64,000 nt of DNA from Candidatus Altimarinota bacterium (GCA_963664295.1 OY760935.1:1088001-1152000); one strand, 5' to 3'. Shown: positions 18,706 through 28,763, counted from the stretch's first letter. Translations and numbers: made by a program. The notes: a model not told the origin generated them from the sequence alone.

Positions 18706-20397
18706 TTACCACTCTCCGAGGATTTTAATAAATTTTGACTTCTTTTTTACACTTTTTAGTGCTTTTTTAACATTCTTTTTTTGTAAATCACCTTCAATAT
18801 CAATAAAAAATATCCATTCACCAAATTTTCGTTTACTTGGACGGGATTCAATTCTGGTTAGATTAATTTTTTCATCAGCAAAATCTTGAAGAACAGAAAG
18901 AAGCGCACCAGGTTCATCTTTTGTTGTAAAAGCAAGTGAAACCCGACCTTCTTTTTTATTGTTCACTTTGAAATCTTTTTTAGAAATCAAAGCAAAACGA
19001 GTTTCGTTTTTTTCTTTATTTTCAATTTCTTTATGAACAATTTTTAATCCTGCATTTTTACTGGCTTGAACAGAAGAAATTGCGCCAATGTTTTTATTTG
19101 CACTTGCTTTCACCTGCCTTACTGCCTCAGCAGTTGAGCTAACTGGTATTTTTATTACTTTTGGATAATGTTTTTTTAAAAAATCACCAGCCTGTGCAAG
19201 TGCCTGCGGGTGAGAATAAATTATTTCAATTTTATCTTTATTTGCATCAGGATGAACCGAAACAGCGTGATTAATTTCCATTTTATACATTGCCACAATT
19301 TTGCTTTTGCCAGCTAGCAAATTATCGAAAGTGGCACTAACTGCTCCTTCAAATTTATTTTCTATTGGTATTAAACCAAGTTTAACTTGATTTTTTTCAA
19401 CAGCAGAAAAAGCTTCCTCAATTGTTTTGCAAAATAATTTTGTTTTATTGGGGAAATATTTTTCACTAGCTATATGAGAATAGGTATCTTTTGGTCCAAG
19501 AATTGCAATATCTGCCTTCTTTTTTTGTCTTTCCCAAACACTTTTTTCTTCTTGTGAAGATATTTTTTCAAAAAGATAGTCAATCACTTGATCGCTTTCG
19601 TCTTGCGCTTTTTGTGTGAATTTTCCTAAATGTTTTTTGCCTTTATTAAAAATTTTTACAAAAGATTTTATGTCTTTTTTTTCTATTATTTTTAATAAGT
19701 CTTCTCCAGAATTTAAAAAACTTTTTATGTGTGAAGGAATTTGTTCGTTTTGAATTTCAATATTAGCATATAAGTAAGGTTCTTGATGCAAAATGCGTCC
19801 CAAAAAATCCATTGTTATTCTGTAAACCGGGCTTTGAAGATCTAGGAATTTTTTAATTGAAGTTTTTTCTTTCGCAAGAGTATAGGCTAGATTGACACTA
19901 ATAAAATGTTGCAAACCCTGAACAATAGCCATTATTTTGTCGTGTTCTTTTGCGGAAATTATTTTTATATTTACCCCTGCTTCTTCAAATATTTTTTGCA
20001 TAAAATTTTGCCATTTTTTGCCTCTACCAGGGGTAAAAACAACAATTTGTCCTTTAATATTATTTGTTGGGCCGAACATAGGATGACAACCAAGCACAGA
20101 GCTTTTTGCAAATTTTAGCATTGTCTTCACAGGATCTTCTTTTGTGGAAGTTAAGTCCATTAGTAAGCCAGATTTTTTTACAAATGGCGCAACTTCTTCA
20201 ATAATTTCTACTGTTTTATCAATAGGCACAGAAACAATTACAATATCACTTTTTTTTGCAAGTTCTTTGTTGCTTAATTTTGTGCGCAAATCAGAAATAA
20301 GCACCTTAAATCCTCGTTTTTCAAAAAATTCTTGAAAAAATAGACCCATGGCGCCTTTGCCACCAATTATCCCTATTACTGGTTTTTTTGTTTTCAT
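18706..20397 (-). CDS. prephenate/arogenate dehydrogenase-prephenate dehydratase-ACT fusion (TyrA-PheA)
   Basis: GIIGGKGAMG, HPMFGP, HDKIMA (TyrA); GPKDTYS, PIEN, SHPQALAQ, NETRF, IESRP (PDT-ACT). Confidence 0.9.
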   Translation of the reverse strand: MKTKKPVIGIIGGKGAMGLFFQEFFEKRGFKVLISDLRTKLSNKELAKKSDIVIVSVPIDKTVEIIEEVAPFVKKSGLLMDLTSTKEDPVKTMLKFAKSSVLGCHPMFGPTNNIKGQIVVFTPGRGKKWQNFMQKIFEEAGVNIKIISAKEHDKIMAIVQGLQHFISVNLAYTLAKEKTSIKKFLDLQSPVYRITMDFLGRILHQEPYLYANIEIQNEQIPSHIKSFLNSGEDLLKIIEKKDIKSFVKIFNKGKKHLGKFTQKAQDESDQVIDYLFEKISSQEEKSVWERQKKKADIAILGPKDTYSHIASEKYFPNKTKLFCKTIEEAFSAVEKNQVKLGLIPIENKFEGAVSATFDNLLAGKSKIVAMYKMEINHAVSVHPDANKDKIEIIYSHPQALAQAGDFLKKHYPKVIKIPVSSTAEAVRQVKASANKNIGAISSVQASKNAGLKIVHKEIENKEKNETRFALISKKDFKVNNKKEGRVSLAFTTKDEPGALLSVLQDFADEKINLTRIESRPSKRKFGEWIFFIDIEGDLQKKNVKKALKSVKKKSKFIKILGEW

Positions 20398-21128
20398 TTT
20401 CTTTGTAAAAGATATAGCACCTCCCCTTTTTTTGTGAGAGGGATTATTGTTTGTTCATAAAACTTAGCCATTAAAGCAGGGTCAATAATTCTGCGAACCT
20501 GCGCATTAACATCTTTTTGAAAAAGTTTTGTTTTTTCACGCACTCTTTCAAGTATCCTTCTCTCAACCTCTGCCCTGGTTAGTGCAATTAAAATGCCTTC
20601 TTCGTCTTTTTGATCAATTAAGGGTTGATATAAATCAGGGTCACTTTGGTATTTTGTTTCTGCTACATAAAAAGCACCAAAATGCACACGCTCAGAAATT
20701 GCCTGCAAAGCATAAACATCATGCTCAATACTAGATCCATATTGACTTGGGTCGTTGCCTTCTTCGGCAATTTCATCAACTAAGCCTAGGTAAGACTTTA
20801 AAATATCTTCAGTTAGATTTATTTTATCTAACTCATCAATGTGCAAAGGGCTTTCTGGTGGTAAAAAATCACGCTCGCTTTTTGGTAAATTTGTATTAAA
20901 AGGTCTTTCTTCAGGGCAAGAATATCTATTAAAAACTGCCTCCAGTTCTTCTTGTTTCAACAAACGAATTCCAAATAAACTTTTATCTGGATGATTTTTA
21001 AACCCACTTTTGCCAATTTGGTAAATAAGAGGGTTTTTTTTATATTGCGCCCTGGTAATTATTTTAAAAATTATTGTTTCTTCCAAGGCTTCAAGTCTTG
21101 CCGCAATATTATTGATTTTCAACTTCAT
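20394..21128 (-). CDS. eukaryote-type (Aro7-like) chorismate mutase
   Basis: LEETIIF..I.RAQ, RY..PEERPF, YGS...D..ALQAIS.R.HFG, VAETKY, IIPLTK..EV.YLL.R resemble yeast/plant chorismate mutase. Confidence 0.85.
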   Translation of the reverse strand: MKLKINNIAARLEALEETIIFKIITRAQYKKNPLIYQIGKSGFKNHPDKSLFGIRLLKQEELEAVFNRYSCPEERPFNTNLPKSERDFLPPESPLHIDELDKINLTEDILKSYLGLVDEIAEEGNDPSQYGSSIEHDVYALQAISERVHFGAFYVAETKYQSDPDLYQPLIDQKDEEGILIALTRAEVERRILERVREKTKLFQKDVNAQVRRIIDPALMAKFYEQTIIPLTKKGEVLYLLQRK

Positions 21129-22284
21129 TTGTTATTTCGTGTAATGCTTTTTGCGCTACTCTGTTCCAATTAAATTCTTTGGATTTTATCCTTCCTTTTT
21201 GAGAAAGCTCTTTTCGAAGCTCAGGATTAAAATAAATTTCTTCTATTTTAGCACATAATTTCTCTTTATCTAAAGGATCAAAAAATAAAGCAGAGTCTTT
21301 TGCTACCTCAGGTAAAGAAGAATAATTTGAACTAATCACAGGAGCACCCGAAGCCATTGCTTCTACAACTGGCAAGCCAAAGCCCTCAAAAAGTGAAGGA
21401 AAAACAAAAGCAAGAGCAGATGAATATAAAGCAGGTTTGTGCTCTTCTTTGATAAATCCAGGAAAAACAACTTTAGCTTTTTCTGGTAGAGTAGTTTTTG
21501 CAAAAATAGAATCATGTCTTTGTCCAGCAATTACTAAATACAAGTCCTCGTGAGAAAATTTTCGAGAAAACAAACTAAAAGCATCAATTAAAAGATTGAG
21601 GTTTTTTCTTGGTTCTAGGGTTGAAAGAGTGAGTAAAAATTTTTTTGGTAAATTGTATTTTTTTCTAACCTCATAAAGATCAATTTCGTCTTTTGGGAAG
21701 AATTTTTCGTCAACGCCTTCGTTAATAACCACTATTTTTTCCTCGGGAATTTTATAAGAAAGTATTAAATCGTTTTTTGTGAATTCTGAAGGTGTAAAAA
21801 TTTTAAATGCTTCTTTCGCTTCTTTTTTTGATCTTAATAATTTATGCCAGATTTTTGTTTTGCAAGAAAAAGTCTGTTTAAAGTGAATAAAAGAAAGGTC
21901 ATGGAACATGATAAATTTTTTCACATTTTTGCTGACCGGAGCAGGGCGAAGATCAGGCATAAAAATTACATCAAAGTTATCATTTTTTGATAAAAGTCCA
22001 TACTTTAAACACTCTTTTTTAACCAATTGATCAATTTTTGGATACCTAAAAAGAGATAAAAACAGGTTTAAAAATCTGTTTGATTTTTTTGTGTGAATTC
22101 TTACTACATTTTTTCCAGAAAATTTAGGGAAATTTTCTGGTAATTTTTTTGCAGCATTAGTCCAAAGAAAAAAATTATGTTTTTCTCCTTCTTTTATTAA
22201 CTTGCGAGTTATGTTTTCTGTAAAAACTTCTACACCAGATATTTTTCCGTTTTGAAGAGGGCGTAGATCAATTAAAATATTCAT
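21109..22284 (-). CDS. GT4 family glycosyltransferase
   Basis: TLEPRKN, FVFPSLFEGFGLPVVEAMASG. Confidence 0.92.
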   Translation of the reverse strand: MNILIDLRPLQNGKISGVEVFTENITRKLIKEGEKHNFFLWTNAAKKLPENFPKFSGKNVVRIHTKKSNRFLNLFLSLFRYPKIDQLVKKECLKYGLLSKNDNFDVIFMPDLRPAPVSKNVKKFIMFHDLSFIHFKQTFSCKTKIWHKLLRSKKEAKEAFKIFTPSEFTKNDLILSYKIPEEKIVVINEGVDEKFFPKDEIDLYEVRKKYNLPKKFLLTLSTLEPRKNLNLLIDAFSLFSRKFSHEDLYLVIAGQRHDSIFAKTTLPEKAKVVFPGFIKEEHKPALYSSALAFVFPSLFEGFGLPVVEAMASGAPVISSNYSSLPEVAKDSALFFDPLDKEKLCAKIEEIYFNPELRKELSQKGRIKSKEFNWNRVAQKALHEITNEVENQ

Positions 22285-22322
22285 GCTTATATTTTTGCAA
22301 CATTAAGCAAATTGTGCAAGTT

Positions 22323-23294
22323 TTAGTTTTGTACTATTTTCCATTTCACCTCTTGTTCAAGATGTCCTTCCATTGTAAATCCAGCTGCTTTTTTGTGTCC
22401 GCCTCCGCCAAAATGAGAAGCAATTTCAGCAACATCAACATCATCACGCATTGTCCTGAAAGATCCTTTTACCTTGCCATTATTTTCAGTTAGTAAGAGT
22501 GAAAATTGCGAATCAGGAACAGAATTTAAGTAGTTGATCACTCCAGAAAGGTCAGAAGGTTCTGTTTTTGTTTCCCAAAAATCTTCATTAGTCACATTAG
22601 AAATAACTACGCCTTTGTTGTCTTTATATGCTCTGGAAAGCACCCTTCCCCAAAGTTCAAGCACAGAAGATTTGTTATTATGAAAAATACTTTTGCTAAT
22701 TTGTCTTATTGTGCCTCCTTGACGCATTAAGAAAGAGGCAGTTCTTAGTTCTCTTGGAGTTGTATTTGAATGCTGAAAACTGCCAGTGTCTGTAAAAAGA
22801 CCACAAAGCAGGGAAGTTGCTGTGCGGTGGCTAATTTTTTCATCCCAAAACTGTAATAATTCCGTAATAATTAAAGTTGTTGAAGCCGCAGTTTCGTCAA
22901 CAATATTCCATTTTCCAAAACCATCATTGCTTGGATGGTGATCAATATTAACCAAATTAAAACTGCCCCCAAAGATTTCAGGAGCAGTTTCGTGTATTCC
23001 GGTCATATAATTTGCGCCACAATCTACGCAAAACACAAGATCAAAGCTCTTAATATCTCCAAATTCATTCTTTAGTTCTTCAAAATTAGGAAGAAAAAAT
23101 AAATTTTCAGGCAGGGGATCAACACAAAAAACCGAGGGATTTTTGCCTAAGTCCTTGAAGGTTTCACATAAAGCAAAAGCCGACCCAGCCGCATCTCCAT
23201 CAGGGTTTTTATGCGCAATTATTAGTATTTTATCGGCTTTTTCAAGCTCTTTTTTTACTGCCAGTGCGTCCTGATGAAATTTAGGGTCGAGCAT
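22323..23294 (-). CDS. nrnA: DHH/DHHA1 oligoribonuclease / pAp phosphatase
   Basis: HKNPDGD, IDHH, DTGSF, GGGGH; follows rbfA. Confidence 0.88.
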   Translation of the reverse strand: MLDPKFHQDALAVKKELEKADKILIIAHKNPDGDAAGSAFALCETFKDLGKNPSVFCVDPLPENLFFLPNFEELKNEFGDIKSFDLVFCVDCGANYMTGIHETAPEIFGGSFNLVNIDHHPSNDGFGKWNIVDETAASTTLIITELLQFWDEKISHRTATSLLCGLFTDTGSFQHSNTTPRELRTASFLMRQGGTIRQISKSIFHNNKSSVLELWGRVLSRAYKDNKGVVISNVTNEDFWETKTEPSDLSGVINYLNSVPDSQFSLLLTENNGKVKGSFRTMRDDVDVAEIASHFGGGGHKKAAGFTMEGHLEQEVKWKIVQN

Positions 23295-23382
23295 GATTAA
23301 TTTATAGGAAACAATTTTCCAGCCTTTTTAGTTTTCAAGCAAGAGTTTTAACTTGCTAGGGATAAAAAAATATGGTGATTTT

Positions 23383-23706
23383 TTATAATGAGTCCAATAT
23401 TCTTAATACATTTTCAGTTTTATCATCATTATTTTTTGGTAGGAATTTTATTTTTGGTGTTTTTTTAAGTTTTAACCTAGGGGCAAGATCGCGAGCAATT
23501 TTCCATGATTTTTTATTAGCTTCTTTGAAAAATCTAGTTTTTCCCTTGAGTAAGCTCACATAAATTTTTGCCAAAGATAAATCATCATAAACCTCAATTT
23601 TTTCAATAGTAATTAAGCCAAAAGCTTCTTCATTAAAATATTTAAGAAGCAAAGAAGGCACCTCATGCTGTATTAAGCTGGCAATTTTTTCTGTTCTTGT
23701 GGACAT
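23383..23706 (-). CDS. rbfA: ribosome-binding factor A
   Basis: R.EKIASLIQ, DLSLAKIYVS, LKLKKTPKIKF. Confidence 0.85.
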   Translation of the reverse strand: MSTRTEKIASLIQHEVPSLLLKYFNEEAFGLITIEKIEVYDDLSLAKIYVSLLKGKTRFFKEANKKSWKIARDLAPRLKLKKTPKIKFLPKNNDDKTENVLRILDSL

Positions 23707-23736
23707 TTTTTAATAAAAACGCAAAAATTATAACAA

Positions 23737-24582
23737 ATGAATAAAGAAAAAATCATCTTTTTTGGCACTTCAAAAATATCTGTTCAGTGTTTGGAAGAAT
23801 TTTTAAAAGAAAAAAGCTTTTCAGTTGAGTTAATAATTACAAAAAAATACTCAGATTTAGAAAAATTTGCTCAAAAAAAAGAAATAAAAGTATTAAATGA
23901 GCTAAATCAGCAAAAAATTGCAGAAATAAATCCAGACAAATTCGCAGTAGTCGATTTTGGAGTCATAATTCCTGATGAAATCTTAAAATTATCAAAAAAA
24001 GGCGCATATAATTTGCATTTTTCATTATTGCCAAAATATCGAGGTGCATCACCAGTGCAAAGTGCAATCTTAAACAGGGATAAAATTAGCGGAGTGAGCA
24101 TAATTGAAGTTGTAAAAAAATTAGACGCAGGAAAAATATTTGCCCAAAAAGAACTTGCAATTGAGAACCTGCGAGCAGATGAAGTTTTTGAAAAAATGTT
24201 AAAAATAGGTGCGCCACTTTTTGTGCAAACAGTAAAAAATCCAGGTCAGGGCGAAGATCAAGATGAAAATCAAGCCACATTTTGCGGAAAAATAAGTAAA
24301 AAAAATGGCTTAATAGAGCCAAAAAAAGAATTAGTTGATGATTTTATAAAAAAAGTAAACGCCTATTATCCTTGGCCAAGTGTGTATTTTGAGCATGAAA
24401 AATTAGGATTATTAAAAATTCTCAGAGCAAAAAAAGCAAATAACACACAAGGTAAAGAATTATTTAAAGAAAATAAAAAATTATTTTTAGAATTAAAAGA
24501 TGGAATAGTGGAAATTTTGGAAATTCAAAGAGAAGGAAGAAAAAAAATCACAGGCGAAGAATTTGCCAGAGGAATGCAATAA
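23737..24582 (+). CDS. fmt: methionyl-tRNA formyltransferase
   Basis: IFFGT, NLHFSLLPKYRGASP, LDAG, PWP. Confidence 0.93.
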   Translation: MNKEKIIFFGTSKISVQCLEEFLKEKSFSVELIITKKYSDLEKFAQKKEIKVLNELNQQKIAEINPDKFAVVDFGVIIPDEILKLSKKGAYNLHFSLLPKYRGASPVQSAILNRDKISGVSIIEVVKKLDAGKIFAQKELAIENLRADEVFEKMLKIGAPLFVQTVKNPGQGEDQDENQATFCGKISKKNGLIEPKKELVDDFIKKVNAYYPWPSVYFEHEKLGLLKILRAKKANNTQGKELFKENKKLFLELKDGIVEILEIQREGRKKITGEEFARGMQ

Positions 24583-24585
24583 TAA

Positions 24586-24612
24586 AAAAAGAGTAGATAC
24601 TCTCTACTCTTT
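24586..24612. terminator. bidirectional terminator
   Basis: AAAGAGTAGA-TACTC-TCTACTCTTT between convergent genes. Confidence 0.7.
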
Positions 24613-24636
24613 AATAAGCTTTGCTTAGGTTATAAA

Positions 24637-26193
24637 TTAGATCGCAGGACAAGTATTACCTAAATCAGTCCACCATTTATGGCATGGATAAGTGTTGCCT
24701 TCGTCAATTGTCCAGATGTTTACAAAGTCCCAACTACTATAAGTATTTTCCTCTTGCATCTTAAAAGTTGCAAAAGCATATACAAGAAAGACATTGTCAT
24801 AGGAAGTGCTACCACCATTGTGAACCCCAATAGCATCATTCTGCCCTGTTGTTTGATAATTAAAGCGACAGTCTTCAGTGTTAGCCTGAGTGCCATTTTG
24901 TGTTCCAATAAGTCCACCAACCCAGCCAAGATAATCGCTATCACTCACATTACCAGTAGCATAAGAGTTTGTAATAATTCCATCATTATAAGCAGCTATG
25001 CCGCCAACGCCACGATTGCCACTAACATTACCAGTTGCATAAGAATTATTAATAGTTCCATCGTTGTTAGATATTAGGCCACCAGCTGAGCTCGCACTAG
25101 TAACAACACCAGTTGCAAAAGAGTTGATTATTTCGCTTTTTATTTCGCTTGATCCAACAAGTCCTCCAACATTACTTTCACCACTTATATCAACACTAGA
25201 GCCGGAATTATTAATAACAGATGAGTCTTCCATGCGACCAACTAACCCGCCGGATACGCTTCCAGTAATGTTGCCAGTAATATAGCAATGATCAACATAG
25301 CTATTGCTAACCATGGCGCCAATTAGTCCGCCAACCCAAGTTTTACCATTGATATTAACATTAGTAAGATTTAAGTTTTTGATTTCAGCATCTTTAGTGG
25401 CCATAAATAGACCAATAAAAAACTCATTAGGTCTGTTGATAGTAAGATTGTTAATTGCGTAGCCTTGTCCGTCAAACGTGCCAGTAAAAATATCATCAAT
25501 ATCTTCAATAGCTCCACTGCTGGTGTCATTATCAGTGCCAATTGGGTCAAAACCAGCACCATTATTCCAATTTACAGTATCACTACAATCAATATTTGCA
25601 GTTAATACATAATCACCATCAAGAGGATATTCAGGGTAATTTGGGTCACCTATTTTTTGTAATTCTTCGCAGGCAGATATATCACTATCAATCACTACAG
25701 TTGGTTCAGCAGGACTTGTTGCTTCTTGTTCTGGTGCGCCAGGATAACAAACATTACCAGCTAGATAAATATCACCAGTGTCAGTTTCAAAACGAGCTAC
25801 ATTGAGACCCAAACTATTTTGTATTATTAAATTTGCACCATCACCATTGGTAATATTAGATTGCTCAGTCAAAACATCACCTTTAATATAAGCTCTAAAG
25901 TTGTTAAAAATAAAAACCTTTGCATTAGTTTGATTAGTAATAATTAAGCTTTTATATACGCTTTCCAAAGGTATTGTGTTTAAGTGAACCTCTTGAGAGA
26001 TAATGTCCATATTGCCATTGTTGTCCACTATCAAAAGAGTAGATCCGTCATTGTTTTGTGCTACCCAATAAGGTTCTTGAAAATTTATCCCACAGTTTTC
26101 ATAGTCTGCAGAACTTTGTCCTGCAAGTGTAAATAAACATAAGAAGAATAGACCATAAAGAAAGATATTATTTAAAAAAGTTTTTATTTTCAT
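24637..26193 (-). CDS. secreted GLUG-motif beta-helix surface protein
   Basis: signal peptide; FTGTFDGQG..I.NL; repeated GGLVG...I.NSYATGNV; WDF..IW. Confidence 0.8.
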   Translation of the reverse strand: MKIKTFLNNIFLYGLFFLCLFTLAGQSSADYENCGINFQEPYWVAQNNDGSTLLIVDNNGNMDIISQEVHLNTIPLESVYKSLIITNQTNAKVFIFNNFRAYIKGDVLTEQSNITNGDGANLIIQNSLGLNVARFETDTGDIYLAGNVCYPGAPEQEATSPAEPTVVIDSDISACEELQKIGDPNYPEYPLDGDYVLTANIDCSDTVNWNNGAGFDPIGTDNDTSSGAIEDIDDIFTGTFDGQGYAINNLTINRPNEFFIGLFMATKDAEIKNLNLTNVNINGKTWVGGLIGAMVSNSYVDHCYITGNITGSVSGGLVGRMEDSSVINNSGSSVDISGESNVGGLVGSSEIKSEIINSFATGVVTSASSAGGLISNNDGTINNSYATGNVSGNRGVGGIAAYNDGIITNSYATGNVSDSDYLGWVGGLIGTQNGTQANTEDCRFNYQTTGQNDAIGVHNGGSTSYDNVFLVYAFATFKMQEENTYSSWDFVNIWTIDEGNTYPCHKWWTDLGNTCPAI

Positions 26194-26223
26194 TGTGTGT
26201 TTTTAGATTTTAATTTTTTGTTT

Positions 26224-27660
26224 TTACATCTCAAGACTATTAACAATTTCTGTAGTACTACTATTACCAAGGTCTATCCACTTAATCGCAACACCATCTT
26301 GACCATTTGTTCCATAGTCTTGCCAAGTAATATAATCATCAGAAGTATTTGGCTCATTGCCATTAATTGCAACTCTGAATGTTATTTCGTCATCATCACC
26401 AAAACTAGCAGCACTGCCATCACAGTTGCCAGATTCGTTTATGCCTTCGATTTTAGCTTCAACAGTGTAAACTTCATCTTCAGAAATTACATCGCGAAGA
26501 TTAACAAGATCAGATTGCGCACAAGTGCCAGTGGCACAAGTGCCAACTGTGAAGTTTTGTGTGCCAGTTAATGCAGCACCAGTGCCAGCATCAATAGAAG
26601 CAATTGTATCAAAGTTGTTATTTACAAGTTTAAGTTCACAAACACCAAATGAAGAGCCAATGCTCGTAGTTTTATTAATATCTATTGAAAGAGCCTTAAG
26701 GTATGCCTCTCCAGTATTTTTTGTAAATTGTACCTTTAGGGTATCTTTCCAGCCAGCGCCAAGTGTGGTATCAGCACCAATAGACTTTGTGGCAACAACT
26801 TTGTTAGTAAATATATACATTGTGTTACCAGTAGCAGTGTTATTACTCGCTCCATCTGTAGTAATTGAGCTATAGCTAACACCAGAAGTTACACCAGTAA
26901 TATTATATTCACCATTAGCAAATGAAAGTTTTGTTGCAAATTGCATATTGCTTTTTGCAGTGTCAGCACTATTAGTGACATCATTTATTGTTGCATAAAC
27001 ATCAATAGTTGTGTCTGAAGCACTATCAATAATAAGATTAAGTCCAGTCAATGAGGCTAAACCATCTGTGACGTTTGCCACTGTGGCTACACTGCCATCA
27101 TTTTTTAATACCGGAGTCCCATCATTGTAATAAAGCGTAATTGAATCAATAGCGTTTGTTGAGTTACTAGGAGCTTCAGCAGGAACTGTAAACTCAACAG
27201 TAAGATCCTCAATATCAGCATTCTCAGTATTCGCATCAAAATCAAAACTAGCAATTTTTACATTACTTGACCCACCAACAATAATCTGAGAATCAGGAGT
27301 ATTTGAGTTTAGCTTAGCTGTCAGACTTCCTGAGCTTGGTGTTGTTTGTGCTTGAGAACCAAGCCTAATAATAACATTGCCGTTTTCTGCGTAAATAATG
27401 TTGTCATCATTTACGTCAACAATGGTGCGGGCTTTTTTTACAGCCTTGTCGGAAATCAGGGTTCCATCTTGGCTCCATACAGGTTCTTCTGCCAGTATGC
27501 TTTTTAGTAAGTTCATAAATTTACCACCCTCAATCTCACCATCAGGTGCTTCCCAGGTAGCATAAGTGGCTCCAAGGCCAAGAAAAAGCGCAAATCCCAG
27601 CACAGCTGAAGATACTGCTATTGTTGCTGTTTTTGCAATGTTTTTGATTTTTGTTTTCAT
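26224..27660 (-). CDS. secreted Ser/Thr-rich beta-sandwich surface protein
   Basis: signal/TM segment then WEAP; Ig-like composition. Confidence 0.7.
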   Translation of the reverse strand: MKTKIKNIAKTATIAVSSAVLGFALFLGLGATYATWEAPDGEIEGGKFMNLLKSILAEEPVWSQDGTLISDKAVKKARTIVDVNDDNIIYAENGNVIIRLGSQAQTTPSSGSLTAKLNSNTPDSQIIVGGSSNVKIASFDFDANTENADIEDLTVEFTVPAEAPSNSTNAIDSITLYYNDGTPVLKNDGSVATVANVTDGLASLTGLNLIIDSASDTTIDVYATINDVTNSADTAKSNMQFATKLSFANGEYNITGVTSGVSYSSITTDGASNNTATGNTMYIFTNKVVATKSIGADTTLGAGWKDTLKVQFTKNTGEAYLKALSIDINKTTSIGSSFGVCELKLVNNNFDTIASIDAGTGAALTGTQNFTVGTCATGTCAQSDLVNLRDVISEDEVYTVEAKIEGINESGNCDGSAASFGDDDEITFRVAINGNEPNTSDDYITWQDYGTNGQDGVAIKWIDLGNSSTTEIVNSLEM

Positions 27661-27808
27661 TTTTTATTTAGTTTAAATTTATTCATATAATAATACCACA
27701 TTTTAAGCACTAAAATCAAATAAAAACATTATTTATACAAGATTATTATTTCATTTTTGACAAAAAATAATTTTTGTGACAAATTTAATGCAAAATTTTT
27801 TAAAAAAT

Positions 27809-28618
27809 ATGATCAATAAAACACCAGAACCAACAAGATTAATATCAGATGATGAAAGAATGATTGGTATTGTTGGTGGAGTAGGCCCAGAGGCAGGAAC
27901 TCTTTTGCATAGATTTATTATTGAAGAAACTGCAAAGTTAAAAAAAGTTGGTAGAGATCAGGATCATTTATTAACTCATCATATATCAGCATCTCCATGG
28001 ATTACAGATAGAACTAATTTTTTACTTGGTGAGCATGATCAAAATTCTGCTGAGGGTGTTGCTAGAGTGATAAAAATATTTGATGATATTGCAAAATCTC
28101 AAGATAGAAAATTTGTTGCAGGTGTTCCATGTAATACTTTTCATGCCCCACCTATTTTTAATCATTTAGAAATTTTAATTGAACAACATGGTGTTGAAAA
28201 TGTAGAAATTTTACACATGATTCAGGAAACAAAAAATTATATTGAAGAAAATTTTCAAGGCGTACAAAAAATAGGCTTAATGTCTACTACTGGCACCAAA
28301 GAGCAAAGAATTTATCATGACCTATTAGAGCCATTAGGCTATGAGGTTATTGAAGTTGATGAAGCTGATCAAGCTAACCTGCATGATACTATTTATAATT
28401 CTGAATGGGGCATTAAGGCAGTTTCTCCTGTAAGCGAACAAGCAAAAAATAATTTTGAATTATATGCAAAACAACTACAAAATAAAGGGGCAGAGGCTCT
28501 TATTCTTGGTTGCACAGAAATTCCAATAGCCTTACCAGGAAATGATTTTGAAGGCACACCACTTATTGATCCAATGAGAGCCTTGGCAAGAGCTTTGGTT
28601 GCTCGTGCTATTGGTTAA
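27809..28618 (+). CDS. aspartate/glutamate racemase family
   Basis: IGIVGGVGP, PCNTFH and LGCTEIP two-cysteine motifs; start uncertain (27776/27788/27809). Confidence 0.9.
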   Translation: MINKTPEPTRLISDDERMIGIVGGVGPEAGTLLHRFIIEETAKLKKVGRDQDHLLTHHISASPWITDRTNFLLGEHDQNSAEGVARVIKIFDDIAKSQDRKFVAGVPCNTFHAPPIFNHLEILIEQHGVENVEILHMIQETKNYIEENFQGVQKIGLMSTTGTKEQRIYHDLLEPLGYEVIEVDEADQANLHDTIYNSEWGIKAVSPVSEQAKNNFELYAKQLQNKGAEALILGCTEIPIALPGNDFEGTPLIDPMRALARALVARAIG

Positions 28619-28633
28619 TATTTAGGTAAAACT

Positions 28634-28671
28634 AAAACCGTATCTGTATTGATTATAGGTACGGTTTTTTT
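28634..28671. terminator. bidirectional terminator
   Basis: AAAACCGTATCT...AGGTACGGTTTT. Confidence 0.7.
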
Positions 28672-28677
28672 CATACT

Positions 28678-28763
28678 TGGTGCCGAGGAAGAGACTCGAA
28701 CTCTTACGGGTCAACCCCGCCGGCTTCTAAGGCCGGTGCGTCTACCAATTCCGCCACCTCGGC
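28678..28763 (-). tRNA. tRNA-Leu(TAG)
   Basis: cloverleaf with long variable arm; CCGGC-CT-TAG-AA-GCCGG; encoded CCA. Confidence 0.96.

Noticed and set aside
24637-28677. Integrative island at the 3' end of tRNA-Leu(TAG)
   Set aside because: No duplicated tRNA end or integrase seen
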